DNA of 64,000 nucleotides, from assembly GCA_964635065.1 (NCBI GenBank), contig CAZWMK010000002.1:1048-65047 (forward strand), in the 5' to 3' direction. The notes under the pieces were generated by a model. It was not told the DNA's origin, ran no database searches, and was given only the letters and a program-made list of their open reading frames with translations. The position numbers and the translations under genes were made by a program. The stretch's first letter is position 1, and each line of letters opens with the position of its first letter. Below are positions 1 to 8,466 of the stretch, piece after piece. The stretch comes from an uncultured Sphingomonadaceae bacterium. GTDB lineage: Bacteria; Pseudomonadota; Alphaproteobacteria; Sphingomonadales; Sphingomonadaceae.

Positions 1-216
1 GATGAAGCCTGCCTTGCGCCTGCGCCAGTTTTGTCGCCGGATGAGATCAAGGCCATCCGCGAAGCTGAGCATGTGTCGCAGCCGGTGTTCGCGCGCTATC
101 TCAACGTGTCGAAGAACCTAGTGTCGGACTGGGAGCGCGGAGCGAAGAAACCGGGTGGCCCGGCACTGCGGCTGTTGTCGATCATCCAGCGCAGCGGGCT
201 GGATGCGGTTGCGTAA
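1..216 (+). CDS. XRE-family HTH antitoxin-like protein (COG2944 / YiaG-HigA type), 5' end outside window
   Basis: The frame is open from nt 1. 'VSQPVFARYLNVSKNLVSDWERGAKKPGGPALRLLSII' is the classic HTH_3 pattern of this antitoxin family. Any partner toxin would lie left of the window. Confidence 0.6.
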   Translation, partial: DEACLAPAPVLSPDEIKAIREAEHVSQPVFARYLNVSKNLVSDWERGAKKPGGPALRLLSIIQRSGLDAVA

Positions 217-395
217 ACCGGGACATTATCACACCGTATCCCCAGCTGCATGAAACGGATTTCACCGGTTTGAAATCGATGAGCTTGACGGTTCCGCGAT
301 GAGGAGCACACAGTCTCTGCTGACGGGTACGATCCACCTGATCGAGTTAATATATAGAAACTTCCGGAAAATGGAGATGTCAGATTTTCAAGTCA

Positions 396-836
396 TTGTT
401 CGGCAAGCCCGAAGCTAGTCCGCCTCCCACGATCATTCGGGATCTGAACGGTCTGAAGCCCCACCTAGCACAGGCCGGTTATTCTATTGAAGACAGGCCG
501 TCCGTCGAAATCCTTGGTGTCCCGATGGAACGCGTCCGCATGAACCAAGCAGGAGTAGTCTCTGCAGTTGGATTCGGGGGCGGGTATTTTCATATAGTGC
601 GTATGATCGGGCTTACGCGGACATTGACGCCGAAGGAGATCGTCGATTTTAACGCAAGTGTCCAAATTTTCAACGTTACGCCCAATGATGAACCCCCGAG
701 CGCTATCATAAAAACGCATGTTCCGGCGCGATATGGTGCAGTACTTCAAACGATAATAGACTTGCTTTCATATTCCGATGATGCAGTAAAAAAGCTTATT
801 GCAGTCGTTGGCGAAAGTAGTGTGAAGGGGATATAA
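396..836 (+). CDS. YbjN-like (T3SS-chaperone-like fold) hypothetical protein
   Basis: 146-aa ORF in very AT-rich DNA. Its layout resembles the YbjN family ('LAQAGYSIED', 'IVDFNASVQIFNV', C-terminal helix). The start is uncertain: TTG at 396 has no good SD. Confidence 0.4.
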   Translation: MFGKPEASPPPTIIRDLNGLKPHLAQAGYSIEDRPSVEILGVPMERVRMNQAGVVSAVGFGGGYFHIVRMIGLTRTLTPKEIVDFNASVQIFNVTPNDEPPSAIIKTHVPARYGAVLQTIIDLLSYSDDAVKKLIAVVGESSVKGI

Positions 837-837
837 A

Positions 838-1233
838 TTGGAAAATACGTTTATCCAGACGCAAGATTTGCGCTCACTTGATAAGGCAATTAAAAAAATT
901 GGCATTGAATGCATCGAAGGGCGCGAAAATGGTGTTCCCGTCTTAACTGTTACAGTTGGACGCATTCTGTTTATGGCTATGATTCACAATCAGTGCCTAA
1001 AGCTCATCTATCGCTTACGAGAAGATAATTTTCAGGGTGGCGTAGCATTCGCCAACCACTGGAACTCGATGAATTTTCTTGGCACGTTAATCCCAATGAC
1101 CGATGGCTTCGTAATGAAATATGAAAGCCTTGTAAGTCACGGTCTTATTGTAGGAAATCTCACAGATACGCTGACATTGTTTGCGGCTTCTGTAGATAAA
1201 TTTCTGGACGAGTGGTTCACGCTCACATCGTAG
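838..1233 (+). CDS. YbjN-like (putative sensory transduction regulator family) protein
   Basis: TTG start 8 nt after an AAGGGG SD and 1 nt after the upstream stop. 'LDKAIKKIGIECIEGRENGVPVL' and 'FANHWNSMNFLGTLIPMTDGFVMKYESLV' match the YbjN pattern (N-terminal L..L...G, central aNxWN motif). Confidence 0.5.
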   Translation: MENTFIQTQDLRSLDKAIKKIGIECIEGRENGVPVLTVTVGRILFMAMIHNQCLKLIYRLREDNFQGGVAFANHWNSMNFLGTLIPMTDGFVMKYESLVSHGLIVGNLTDTLTLFAASVDKFLDEWFTLTS

Positions 1234-1261
1234 CAGTTATGGAGGGTTCTCGCATCGGTGT

Positions 1262-1471
1262 TTACCCGAATACTAGACCCAATAGAAACAGACCTAGAGC
1301 AACTGGGATCGCCAGAATCATCAGTTGCGCCATGCAGCCTGCAGACCAGCATCCAGCGGCAACCCCATTTGAAACTGCGCCCTCAACCTTTTTTCCAGAT
1401 GGATTTAATACGAAGCCAGCGATGGCTCCGAAAACCACTATGACTACAATGATGGTGAAAATCGTTCCCAT
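1262..1471 (-). CDS. Small membrane protein with two predicted TM helices
   Basis: Hydrophobic stretches 'GTIFTIIVVIVVFGAIAGFVL' and 'MAQLMILAIPVALGLFLLGLVF', with a 'GCWSAGC' loop. ATG at 1471 follows a GAGAG SD 19 nt after the upstream stop. An alternative TTG at 1498 overlaps that stop. Confidence 0.45.
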   Translation of the reverse strand: MGTIFTIIVVIVVFGAIAGFVLNPSGKKVEGAVSNGVAAGCWSAGCMAQLMILAIPVALGLFLLGLVFG

Positions 1472-1490
1472 GTTGGCTCTCAGATTCCCT

Positions 1491-2765
1491 TTATTCAAAT
1501 ATCAATTCTGAGCGGAAAAATCCGCTGATGATGAAAGTTGAGGATGGACCATCCTTCTGGATTTCTATCGATCCAATCTCCTTTACCCATCGGGCGGAAT
1601 CGTCATATGTCGGCTCCGCAACCGTTGGCTGTTCACGCAGTTCAGAAATTGCATCATGCTTCACACCTTGGCGGACTATGACCCGGGTGACGGGCTTCGA
1701 GCCGAGGGGAATAGGCCTTGGCAAGTCGATGTTGAGTTCACGACCTAGATAACCTTCGTCGAACTTGGTCCGAAGCATCTCTGCCTGTCCAAGTTCAGCA
1801 CGCGCACGCGCATCTCGCTCTGCGACGACAGCCTCACGTCGTTTCTCAGCCTTCTTTGTTTTTCGTCGGACGGCGGTGACTGAATAGCCCAACGGCGCTG
1901 CGGTTACTTCTGCTGTTGCCTCGAATCCCGCCAGCCTCAATGCCTTCGCGATCATCCCGCGTGTCGCTGCATCGTCCGCGTTTCCGATCTGATCCGGCTT
2001 TACGATCAAAGGCTCGTCAGGCTCCGGATCAATGATCGTCAGCTTGCTCTTTTCGCGGCCATCAACTCCGATTGACAAGCCGCATACAAGACGCTGGCCG
2101 GTATGCCCTGGCGGGAAAATTACCGACAACTTTTGCGCCACTCCGCCGACTGGCGGTGGCCCTTTCCCTCCGAGTTGATTGCTGCTGTACCCAACGCCCG
2201 ATTGCGTTCCCTTGCACTCCACTACATGCCATACGCCGGACAAATCACGGGCAACGAAATCCGGCGTTTTGTTCGGGCCGCGCTTGGCGGCGCGATGCTG
2301 CGTAGCGCCCGTTGATGCAGCAAAACGCTGCATGAAATATCGACCGTCGACAATCCTGTCGAACCGCAGATTGTCGTTGAGCCAAAGCATTGGAAGGCCC
2401 ATCCCGAAATCGTCACTGAGGATTGTCTTCTGGTGAGCGTCCAAATCCGCGAAGCTCTGCGTTAGTCGCAAATCAGGGTCTGCCGAGATCGCCGCGAGAT
2501 AACGCACCCAAGCCCAAAATTCGCTCAATGACACCCCAGTTGTGGCAATGGGCGTCGTCAAGAATCCGATCATCAGAAGTGCTGATGGAACATGAATATC
2601 AACGGTCTGAACACCGCTGTGGAATGTGCTAGGAAACGTTGGCAACGCTCCCTTGCGCGGCCAAGTGGCCTTCTTGATGTCGATTGCCAACGATCGGTTC
2701 ATAGCCTCGAATGGGTTCCCATAGTTTGCATTTCTTTCACCGGCACGAGGTTCGGCGAATTGCAC
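1491..2765 (-). CDS. Uncharacterised PD-(D/E)xK nuclease-like protein with charged linker and C-terminal domain
   Basis: 424-aa ORF with a GTG start. 'KTPDFVARDLSGVWHVVECKGTQSG' is a D...ExK restriction-endonuclease-fold core (TnsA/Mrr-like 'tPDF..EvK'), preceded by acidic 'LSDDFGMGLP'. A Lys/Arg/Glu-rich segment 'RRKTKKAEKRREAVVAERDARARAELGQAEM' follows, then a roughly 90-aa C-terminal domain. Confidence 0.6.
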   Translation of the reverse strand: MQFAEPRAGERNANYGNPFEAMNRSLAIDIKKATWPRKGALPTFPSTFHSGVQTVDIHVPSALLMIGFLTTPIATTGVSLSEFWAWVRYLAAISADPDLRLTQSFADLDAHQKTILSDDFGMGLPMLWLNDNLRFDRIVDGRYFMQRFAASTGATQHRAAKRGPNKTPDFVARDLSGVWHVVECKGTQSGVGYSSNQLGGKGPPPVGGVAQKLSVIFPPGHTGQRLVCGLSIGVDGREKSKLTIIDPEPDEPLIVKPDQIGNADDAATRGMIAKALRLAGFEATAEVTAAPLGYSVTAVRRKTKKAEKRREAVVAERDARARAELGQAEMLRTKFDEGYLGRELNIDLPRPIPLGSKPVTRVIVRQGVKHDAISELREQPTVAEPTYDDSARWVKEIGSIEIQKDGPSSTFIISGFFRSELIFE

Positions 2766-2850
2766 AGTCTTGATGGCTATCTGCTACAAATAGGTCAATT
2801 CTGACCGATTTTTCGAACTCACGCGGGCTATCCATCATGCGCCGGATCGG

Positions 2851-3153
2851 CTACAAAATCCGCGTGAAACCAAGGCCTTTGGCATCGGAAATCGGGCGGG
2901 GAAGTGGTCGATCACATCGGTCCAAATAGGGAACAACTTCGCGCACACCGTACGCGACAAATCGCAGGTAAAAGCCAGAATAAAATATTTTTATATCAAC
3001 ATGATACTGGCTATGCGAGAAATTGGCAGCTTCTCCGTCGAATCTGACTTGCGAATAGCCCTCGCCATTCACGCAAATCACATCTGGCGAAAAGGCGAGG
3101 AAATCTCCCAGCTTCAACTGGCTTGACGGCGCGATTGAACATAAGTAGAACAA
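2851..3153 (-). CDS. Hypothetical protein (weak call)
   Basis: 100-aa ORF in about 40% GC DNA upstream of the nuclease-like gene. TTG start without a convincing SD and no recognisable motif. Confidence 0.25.
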   Translation of the reverse strand: MFYLCSIAPSSQLKLGDFLAFSPDVICVNGEGYSQVRFDGEAANFSHSQYHVDIKIFYSGFYLRFVAYGVREVVPYLDRCDRPLPRPISDAKGLGFTRIL

Positions 3154-3201
3154 CCTTGCCTTTCGCAGTGTGATCCAGGCTCCATGAACATGGAGTCCAG
3201 C

Positions 3202-3510
3202 ATGACACGCAATGTTTCAATCCAGACCTACCTCCCCAAGCATGTCGCTGCCTGGGTGCAGGACGAAGCCACCCGCGCCAAGCAGAGCCGCAGTCAGTGG
3301 ATCGGCGCTATCGTCACGGACCTGTTTCAAGGGCAGGAGTTCCGAGAGGAGGGGCGCAAGAACGTCGATCACATCAAGCGGCAGTTGACCTTCATTGCCG
3401 TTGCGCTCGATGGCTTGCTTCTCGAACATCCTGACAAGACCCTTCGCGGCAGGGTGCATGACGCCCACCGGCGCAAGGTGACACAGGCCGATCCGGAGCA
3501 AGGCCAATGA
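3202..3510 (+). CDS. Ribbon-helix-helix (CopG/Arc-like) DNA-binding protein of the island
   Basis: 'RNVSIQTYLPKHVAAWVQDEATRAKQSRSQWIGAIVTDL' is a beta-strand plus two-helix RHH pattern. GGAG lies 6 nt before ATG 3202. The stop overlaps the next ORF (ATGA). Confidence 0.55.
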   Translation: MTRNVSIQTYLPKHVAAWVQDEATRAKQSRSQWIGAIVTDLFQGQEFREEGRKNVDHIKRQLTFIAVALDGLLLEHPDKTLRGRVHDAHRRKVTQADPEQGQ

Positions 3511-3770
3511 TCCGCCGCACAGGATCAATGTTGCGCGAGAGCGAACAGCTTGCGCTGCCTTTTACCCAGCCCGCTGCGATGGCAACCACGCTCGAGCCGA
3601 TCTCCGTCAGGATCGCGGACGCCATCCGGTTGACCGGCATCCGGCGATCCAAGCTCTATGAACTGATCGCTTCGGGCGATCTGGAGACGGTCAAGATCGG
3701 GCGGTGCACTCTGGTCCCGGTGGCCAGCCTGCACGCTCTGATCGAGCGTGCGCGGCAAGGGCGGTTATGA
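3507..3770 (+). CDS. AlpA/excisionase-family HTH protein
   Basis: 'ISVRIADAIRLTGIRRSKLYELIASGDLETVKIGRCTLVPVASLHALIE' is the typical AlpA/MerR-like excisionase HTH. The true start may be ATG 3579, giving 63 aa. Confidence 0.7.
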   Translation: MIRRTGSMLRESEQLALPFTQPAAMATTLEPISVRIADAIRLTGIRRSKLYELIASGDLETVKIGRCTLVPVASLHALIERARQGRL

Positions 3771-5015
3771 CGCGCTGTGGCCGAACTTCGGGCGCAGGAT
3801 GGTCGCGCCGTCTCGCAACTGGTCGATGTAATCGGACCAGTGCTGCATCATGCGGACGCGCTCCTCCCAGTACTGGCCACGGGCATACGCGCGGCGGATA
3901 GAGTTACCGTCTGCATGGGCCAGTTGTCGCTCGATGGCATCGGGGTTCCAGATGCCCATTTCGTTGAGCAAAGTGGCGGCCATGGCGCGGAAGCCGTGGC
4001 CCGTCATCTGATCCTTGCTAAAACCCAGCCGACGCAAGGCCGCATTGATCGTGTTGTCCGACATCGGGCGGTCAAGAGCGCGCAACGACGGAAACAGGAA
4101 GACGCTGTAGCTGGCGTCATGCTCAATTTCGCGAATGATGGCCAAGGCCTGCCGTGACAGAGGTACGGCGTGAGGACGGCGCATTTTCATCTTGTGGTCC
4201 GGGATTGTCCAGACGCACCTGTCGAAGTCGAACTCGCTCCATTCCGCCCAGCGCAGTTCGCCGGGGCGGACAAATAAGTGCGGCAGGAGGCGCAGCGCGA
4301 TCCGGGTCAGCGCATTGCCTTCATAGTCCGCGACAGCGCGAAGTAGTGCGCCAGCATCGGTTGCAGTCGTGATCGCTGCCCGGTGATTGGTGCGCGGGGT
4401 GACGAGCGCACCGCGCAGGTCCGAGCAGATGTCCCGCTCGGCCCGCGCCGTGGCGATAGCATAGCGAAAGACCTGGCTGCAGGTGCTGCGGATGCGGTTG
4501 GCGGTGTCGTACCGCTTCGAGGCTTCGATCTTCTTGAGGACGAGCAGCAGTTCGTGGGCGGTGATTTCCGAGATCGGTCGCTTGCCCAAGGCCGGGTAGG
4601 TTTGCGCCAGCAACCAGCGCGCCTTCTTGAGAGTAATGGCTGCCAGCCCTTCCTTCTCGATCTTCTCCAGCCATTCTTCCGCCACGGCCTGGAACGTGTT
4701 GGTGGCGGCGATCGATTTGGCGATCTTGTCCAGCTTGGCCTGTTCAAGCGGATCAAGCCCCTTGGCGAGTTTGCGGCGCGCTTCGAGCAGCAGCTCGCGC
4801 GCATCGCCCAGCAGAATCTCCGGCCAGCGTCCGAACGACAACGTCCGTTGCTGTCCGCCGAAGCGATAGTTCATGCGCCAGTATCGGATACCAGTGGTTT
4901 TCACGAGCAGGTACAGGCCGTCGCGATCCGACAGCTTGTAATCCTTCTCTCGGGGTCTGGCGTGCTTCACCGCGTTTGCGGTCAGGCCCGTCTTGCGTTT
5001 CGCACCTTCCGACAT
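3765..5015 (-). CDS. int: Tyrosine-type site-specific integrase (P4-like, DUF4102 N-terminal domain)
   Basis: N-terminus 'LTANAVKHARPREKDYKLSDRDGLYLLVKTTGIRYWRMNYRFGGQQRTLSFG'. The C-terminal catalytic region has 'HGFRAMAATLL' and 'RQLAHADGNSIRRAY'. It lies adjacent to the tRNA 3' end. Confidence 0.92.
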   Translation of the reverse strand: MSEGAKRKTGLTANAVKHARPREKDYKLSDRDGLYLLVKTTGIRYWRMNYRFGGQQRTLSFGRWPEILLGDARELLLEARRKLAKGLDPLEQAKLDKIAKSIAATNTFQAVAEEWLEKIEKEGLAAITLKKARWLLAQTYPALGKRPISEITAHELLLVLKKIEASKRYDTANRIRSTCSQVFRYAIATARAERDICSDLRGALVTPRTNHRAAITTATDAGALLRAVADYEGNALTRIALRLLPHLFVRPGELRWAEWSEFDFDRCVWTIPDHKMKMRRPHAVPLSRQALAIIREIEHDASYSVFLFPSLRALDRPMSDNTINAALRRLGFSKDQMTGHGFRAMAATLLNEMGIWNPDAIERQLAHADGNSIRRAYARGQYWEERVRMMQHWSDYIDQLRDGATILRPKFGHSAS

Positions 5016-5179
5016 TGATGGACCTCCGCATTCATGCTCCGGGTCCGATCCATCATCTGTACCATCATTGTACCCGGATGCAGGTGGAACCGTCCGAACC
5101 GATGCGGGCGATAATACCAGAAAAAGTGCTGGAAAACAGCCGTTTGATGGACGTTACCGGACGTCTTCAAACGGAGAAA

Positions 5180-5253
5180 TGGAGGCCCGAGCCGGAATCG
5201 AACCGGCGTGCAAGGATTTGCAGTCCTCTGCGTAACCACTCCGCCATCGGGCC
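5180..5253 (-). tRNA. tRNA-Cys (anticodon GCA)
   Basis: The reverse complement reads GGCCCGATGGCGGAGTGGTTACGCAGAGGACTGCAAATCCTTGCACGCCGGTTCGATTCCGGCTCGGGCCTCCA. It has a 7-bp acceptor stem GGCCCGA/TCGGGCC, anticodon loop CTGCAAA, T-loop GGTTCGATTCC and an encoded CCA. Confidence 0.92.
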
Positions 5254-5404
5254 ACCGCGGCGCTTGTCGTTATTTTTTGGACCATGGTCAAGCCCCTAGT
5301 TGGCGGTCGGCGCCGGGACTGGCAATTTCTTTCAAGCCGGTTCCTTCCTGTCGGGGAGATACCGTCCTGTAGCCATGCTCCCGTGATGCGGGGCTTGCTG
5401 GCAA

Positions 5405-5911
5405 TCAGCCCGGACGGGCAGGTGAAAGCCGGTCGATGGCGCCGCTGTCCAGCAAGGGCGCGGCCTCAATGTGATGGGCATCCATCAGCACGGCCAACCG
5501 TTCCATGGCCGCAAGGATCATCGCCTGCTCCCACGGCGGAAGCGCGGCAAAACGGTCGATGAATGTCACCTGCAAGGGATCCGGCGCATTTGCGAGCGCA
5601 ACCTTGCCTTCAGGCAACATGCTGAGAAGAAACTGGCGCTTGTCCCGGTCGCTGCGCTGGCGCTGCACGAAACCCAGGGCCTCGAGGCGGTCGACGATGG
5701 TGGTGATCGTTGCCTGACTGAATTGAAGTGCCTGCGCGATCGTACCGGGCGTCGCCCCTTGCCGTGCATCAATCTCGCGCAAGACGAGCAATTGCGACGG
5801 CGTCAGGCCGGTTGCCGTTGCAAGCTGGCGGCTGCCGATTTCGGTGGCGCGCAGCACCCGTCGCAGGGCGCGCAATGTCAGCGAAGCGATTTCCGAATCC
5901 ATGCGCTCATG
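5405..5911 (-). CDS. ectR: MarR-family regulator, EctR-like (divergent from ectA)
   Basis: Winged-HTH 'LTPSQLLVLREIDARQGATPGTIAQALQFSQATITTIVDRLEALGFVQRQRSDRDKRQ'. It sits divergent to ectABCD, the position typical of EctR. The start is uncertain (ORF extends to 5962). Confidence 0.7.
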   Translation of the reverse strand, partial: HERMDSEIASLTLRALRRVLRATEIGSRQLATATGLTPSQLLVLREIDARQGATPGTIAQALQFSQATITTIVDRLEALGFVQRQRSDRDKRQFLLSMLPEGKVALANAPDPLQVTFIDRFAALPPWEQAMILAAMERLAVLMDAHHIEAAPLLDSGAIDRLSPARPG

Positions 5912-5962
5912 CATAGCCCCAAGTGCGAAGCCACGCCAGAATGGACGCCGCATTCTGGTCAA

Positions 5963-6192
5963 CCTTGCAAAATATTACTTTATAATATAAAACATATTTC
6001 AGCCTAAGGGTTGAACCCCCTGTGGAAAAACCTATATTTTTAGCCATTAAATCGCCAGAAAACAGGCTTGGCACCGAAATTTAATTCGGGAGACGAATTA
6101 TAACCCCCCAAGCGACAACAACCGCCACACGCGCGCAGCATCGCAAACAGAATGAAAATGATGCGGCATCGAATGTCAGCTTTCGCCAGCCC
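5963..6192. promoter_or_regulatory. AT-rich ectR/ectA divergent control region
   Basis: 'TTGCAAAATATTACTTTATAATATAAAAC' can be read as TTGCAA-N17-TAAAAC. It contains the imperfect palindrome TATTA-CTTTA-TAATA. No experimental support. Confidence 0.3.
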
Positions 6193-6690
6193 ATGGCGAC
6201 GGATGGCCCGGCGATCACGGCCCTGATCGCTGCGTGCCCGCCGCTTGATGGCAACTCGGCCTATTGCAACCTGTTGCAGTGCAGCGACTTTGCCGACACC
6301 TGCATCGTCGCCGAACATGCGGGTGCCATCGTCGGCTGGGTATCAGGTTACAGATCGCCTGCTGCCCGGGAGAATTTTTTCATCTGGCAGGTCGCCGTAG
6401 CGCCGGACGCACGGGGACAAGGGTTGGCACAGCGGATGATCGATGCCTTGCTCGCCCGTCCCGCAGCCGCCAGCGCCGTTTATCTGACGACGACGATCAC
6501 GAACGACAATCGCGCCTCATGGGCCCTGTTCGAGGGGCTGGCCCGCGTCTGGCAGGCGCCATTCACAAAAAGCGTTCGTTTCGATCAGGACATCCATTTC
6601 GCAGGTGCGCACGCCACTGAATGGCAAGTCCGCATCGGCCCACTGCCCGCACGCGCGGCTGCCCCCCCTTCAAGGAGCATGACCTTATGA
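6193..6690 (+). CDS. ectA: L-2,4-diaminobutyrate acetyltransferase
   Basis: 'DGPAITALIAACPPLDGNSAYCNLLQCSDFADTCIVAE' and 'FIWQVAVAPDARGQGLAQRMIDALL' are the EctA/GNAT signature. The conserved 'FRQP' lies just upstream of the first ATG with no canonical start in frame. Confidence 0.88.
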   Translation: MATDGPAITALIAACPPLDGNSAYCNLLQCSDFADTCIVAEHAGAIVGWVSGYRSPAARENFFIWQVAVAPDARGQGLAQRMIDALLARPAAASAVYLTTTITNDNRASWALFEGLARVWQAPFTKSVRFDQDIHFAGAHATEWQVRIGPLPARAAAPPSRSMTL

Positions 6691-7994
6691 CAAACGCCCA
6701 TCCCATCCCCAGCCCCGGCACGCCCGATACCGCCATTTATGAACGGCGGGAATCGGCTGTTCGCAGCTATGCCCGATCGCTTCCGCGCCAGTTCACGCGC
6801 GCGGAAGGTGTGTGGATGCACGACAATCAGGGAGGGCGTTACCTCGACTTCCTGTCGGGATGTTCGACCCTGAACTATGGCCACAACCACCCGGTGCTGA
6901 AACAGGCCCTGCTCGATTATATCGCAGCCGACGGCATCACCCATGGCCTCGACCTCCACACGGATGCCAAGGCGGATTTCCTTGATGCCCTGGAAACCCA
7001 TATTCTGGAACCGCGCAACATGGACTATCGCGTCATGTTCACGGGACCGACAGGCACCAACGCCGTCGAGGCTGCCATCAAGCTGGCCCGCAAGGTGACT
7101 GGCCGCGAACTGGTGATTGCCTTCACCAATGGCTTTCACGGCATGACGCTTGGCGCCCTCGCCTGCACCGGCAATGCAACCAAGCGCGCCGGCGCTGGCG
7201 TGCCTCTCGCCCATGTCTCGCACGAGCCGTACGACGGCTATCACGGCCCGGACGTCGATACTGCGGACCTGCTCGAGCGCCGCCTGTCTGATCCGTCAAG
7301 CGGCCTGGACGCGCCCGCAGCCATTCTGGTGGAAACGGTGCAGGGCGAAGGCGGACTCAATGCGGCATCACCGGAATGGATGCGCAGGATCGCTGCGATC
7401 GCCAAACGCCACGGCGCACTGCTGATCGTCGACGACATTCAGGCAGGCTGCGGCCGCACCGGCGGCTTTTTCAGCTTCGAAGGCATGGGCTTCACGCCGG
7501 ATATCGTCACCATGGCGAAATCACTGTCGGGCATGGGCCTGCCCTTCGCCCTGACCCTGTTCCGGCCCGAACTCGACCAATGGTCGCCCGGCGAACACAA
7601 TGGCACCTTCCGGGGCAACAATCACGCCTTCGTGACGGCGGCCGCTGCGCTCCGTCATTTCTGGAGCACCAATGCCTTCCAGAAGGACGTTGCCCGCCGC
7701 GGCGGGCTGCTTGAGCGGCGACTGGACGCCATGGCCAAAAACCATGGCCTGTCCACACGTGGACGAGGCATGATGCAGGGCATCAACATGGGGTCGGGCG
7801 ACATTGCCGCGGCCGTGACCGCCCGCTGCTTCACGCAGGGGCTCATCCTCGAAACCAGCGGTCCGCACGACGAGATTGTGAAGGTGCTTGCCCCGCTTGT
7901 CATCGACGACGCGCTCCTCGCCGCAGGTCTCGACATTCTGGAAGACAGCATCGGCGAAACCATGGCCACGCCCTTTGGCGTCGCCGCCGAATAA
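6687..7994 (+). CDS. ectB: Diaminobutyrate--2-oxoglutarate transaminase
   Basis: '[52 protein letters not shown]' and '[19 protein letters not shown]', with the PLP lysine in 'TMAKSLSG'. ATGA overlap with the ectA stop. Confidence 0.95.
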   Translation: MTNAHPIPSPGTPDTAIYERRESAVRSYARSLPRQFTRAEGVWMHDNQGGRYLDFLSGCSTLNYGHNHPVLKQALLDYIAADGITHGLDLHTDAKADFLDALETHILEPRNMDYRVMFTGPTGTNAVEAAIKLARKVTGRELVIAFTNGFHGMTLGALACTGNATKRAGAGVPLAHVSHEPYDGYHGPDVDTADLLERRLSDPSSGLDAPAAILVETVQGEGGLNAASPEWMRRIAAIAKRHGALLIVDDIQAGCGRTGGFFSFEGMGFTPDIVTMAKSLSGMGLPFALTLFRPELDQWSPGEHNGTFRGNNHAFVTAAAALRHFWSTNAFQKDVARRGGLLERRLDAMAKNHGLSTRGRGMMQGINMGSGDIAAAVTARCFTQGLILETSGPHDEIVKVLAPLVIDDALLAAGLDILEDSIGETMATPFGVAAE

Positions 7995-8025
7995 ACGACG
8001 GCTCAGCAGCAGGGAAATCAGATTC

Positions 8026-8439
8026 ATGATCGTCCGTTCGCTCAGGGAAATCCGTAAAACGGATCGAAACGTCCAGTCAAAACAGTGGGAAAGCGCCCGT
8101 CTGCTGCTCAAGGACGACCAGATGGGCTTCTCCTTCCACGTCACCACGATGTACGCGGGGGAAGAACTGCACATGCATTACCAGAACCATCTCGAAGCCG
8201 TGCTGGTGCTGAAAGGCACAGGCACGATCGAGGATCTGGGAACAGGCATCACCCATGATCTGGCGCCGGGCGTCATGTATGCGCTGAATGCCCATGACAG
8301 GCACATCGTGCGGCCTGCAACCAATATCCTGTGCGCCTGCGTTTTTAATCCGCCCGTCACTGGCAGCGAAGTCCATGACGAAACTGGCGCCTATCCCGCC
8401 GATCCAGAACGCGTGCGCGAGGCCGCACTGGAAGACTGA
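8026..8439 (+). CDS. ectC: L-ectoine synthase (cupin)
   Basis: '[66 protein letters not shown]' is a near-canonical EctC N-terminus. Confidence 0.95.
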   Translation: MIVRSLREIRKTDRNVQSKQWESARLLLKDDQMGFSFHVTTMYAGEELHMHYQNHLEAVLVLKGTGTIEDLGTGITHDLAPGVMYALNAHDRHIVRPATNILCACVFNPPVTGSEVHDETGAYPADPERVREAALED

Positions 8440-8466
8440 CGTTCAGACCCAATCAGGGAGAGTCCC

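Larger units (their letters stand above)
1..5253. mobile_element. Integrative genomic island anchored at tRNA-Cys (integrase, AlpA, RHH and low-GC cargo); left boundary not in window
   Basis: The tyrosine integrase gene starts 164 nt from the tRNA 3' end. alpA and an RHH gene lie next to it. The cargo is visibly AT-richer than the flanks. No att repeat was found inside the window. Confidence 0.65.

Noticed and set aside
216-400. Search for a direct repeat of the tRNA-Cys 3' end (distal att site) inside the window
   Set aside because: Only trivial matches such as 'CCGGAA' were seen, so no att site can be claimed. The island boundary is presumably outside the window.
6621-6686. N-terminal extension of ectB (ORF track start 6621)
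   Set aside because: The extension overlaps the ectA 3' end and is not EctB-like. ATG 6687 gives the conserved N-terminus and an ATGA coupling with ectA.
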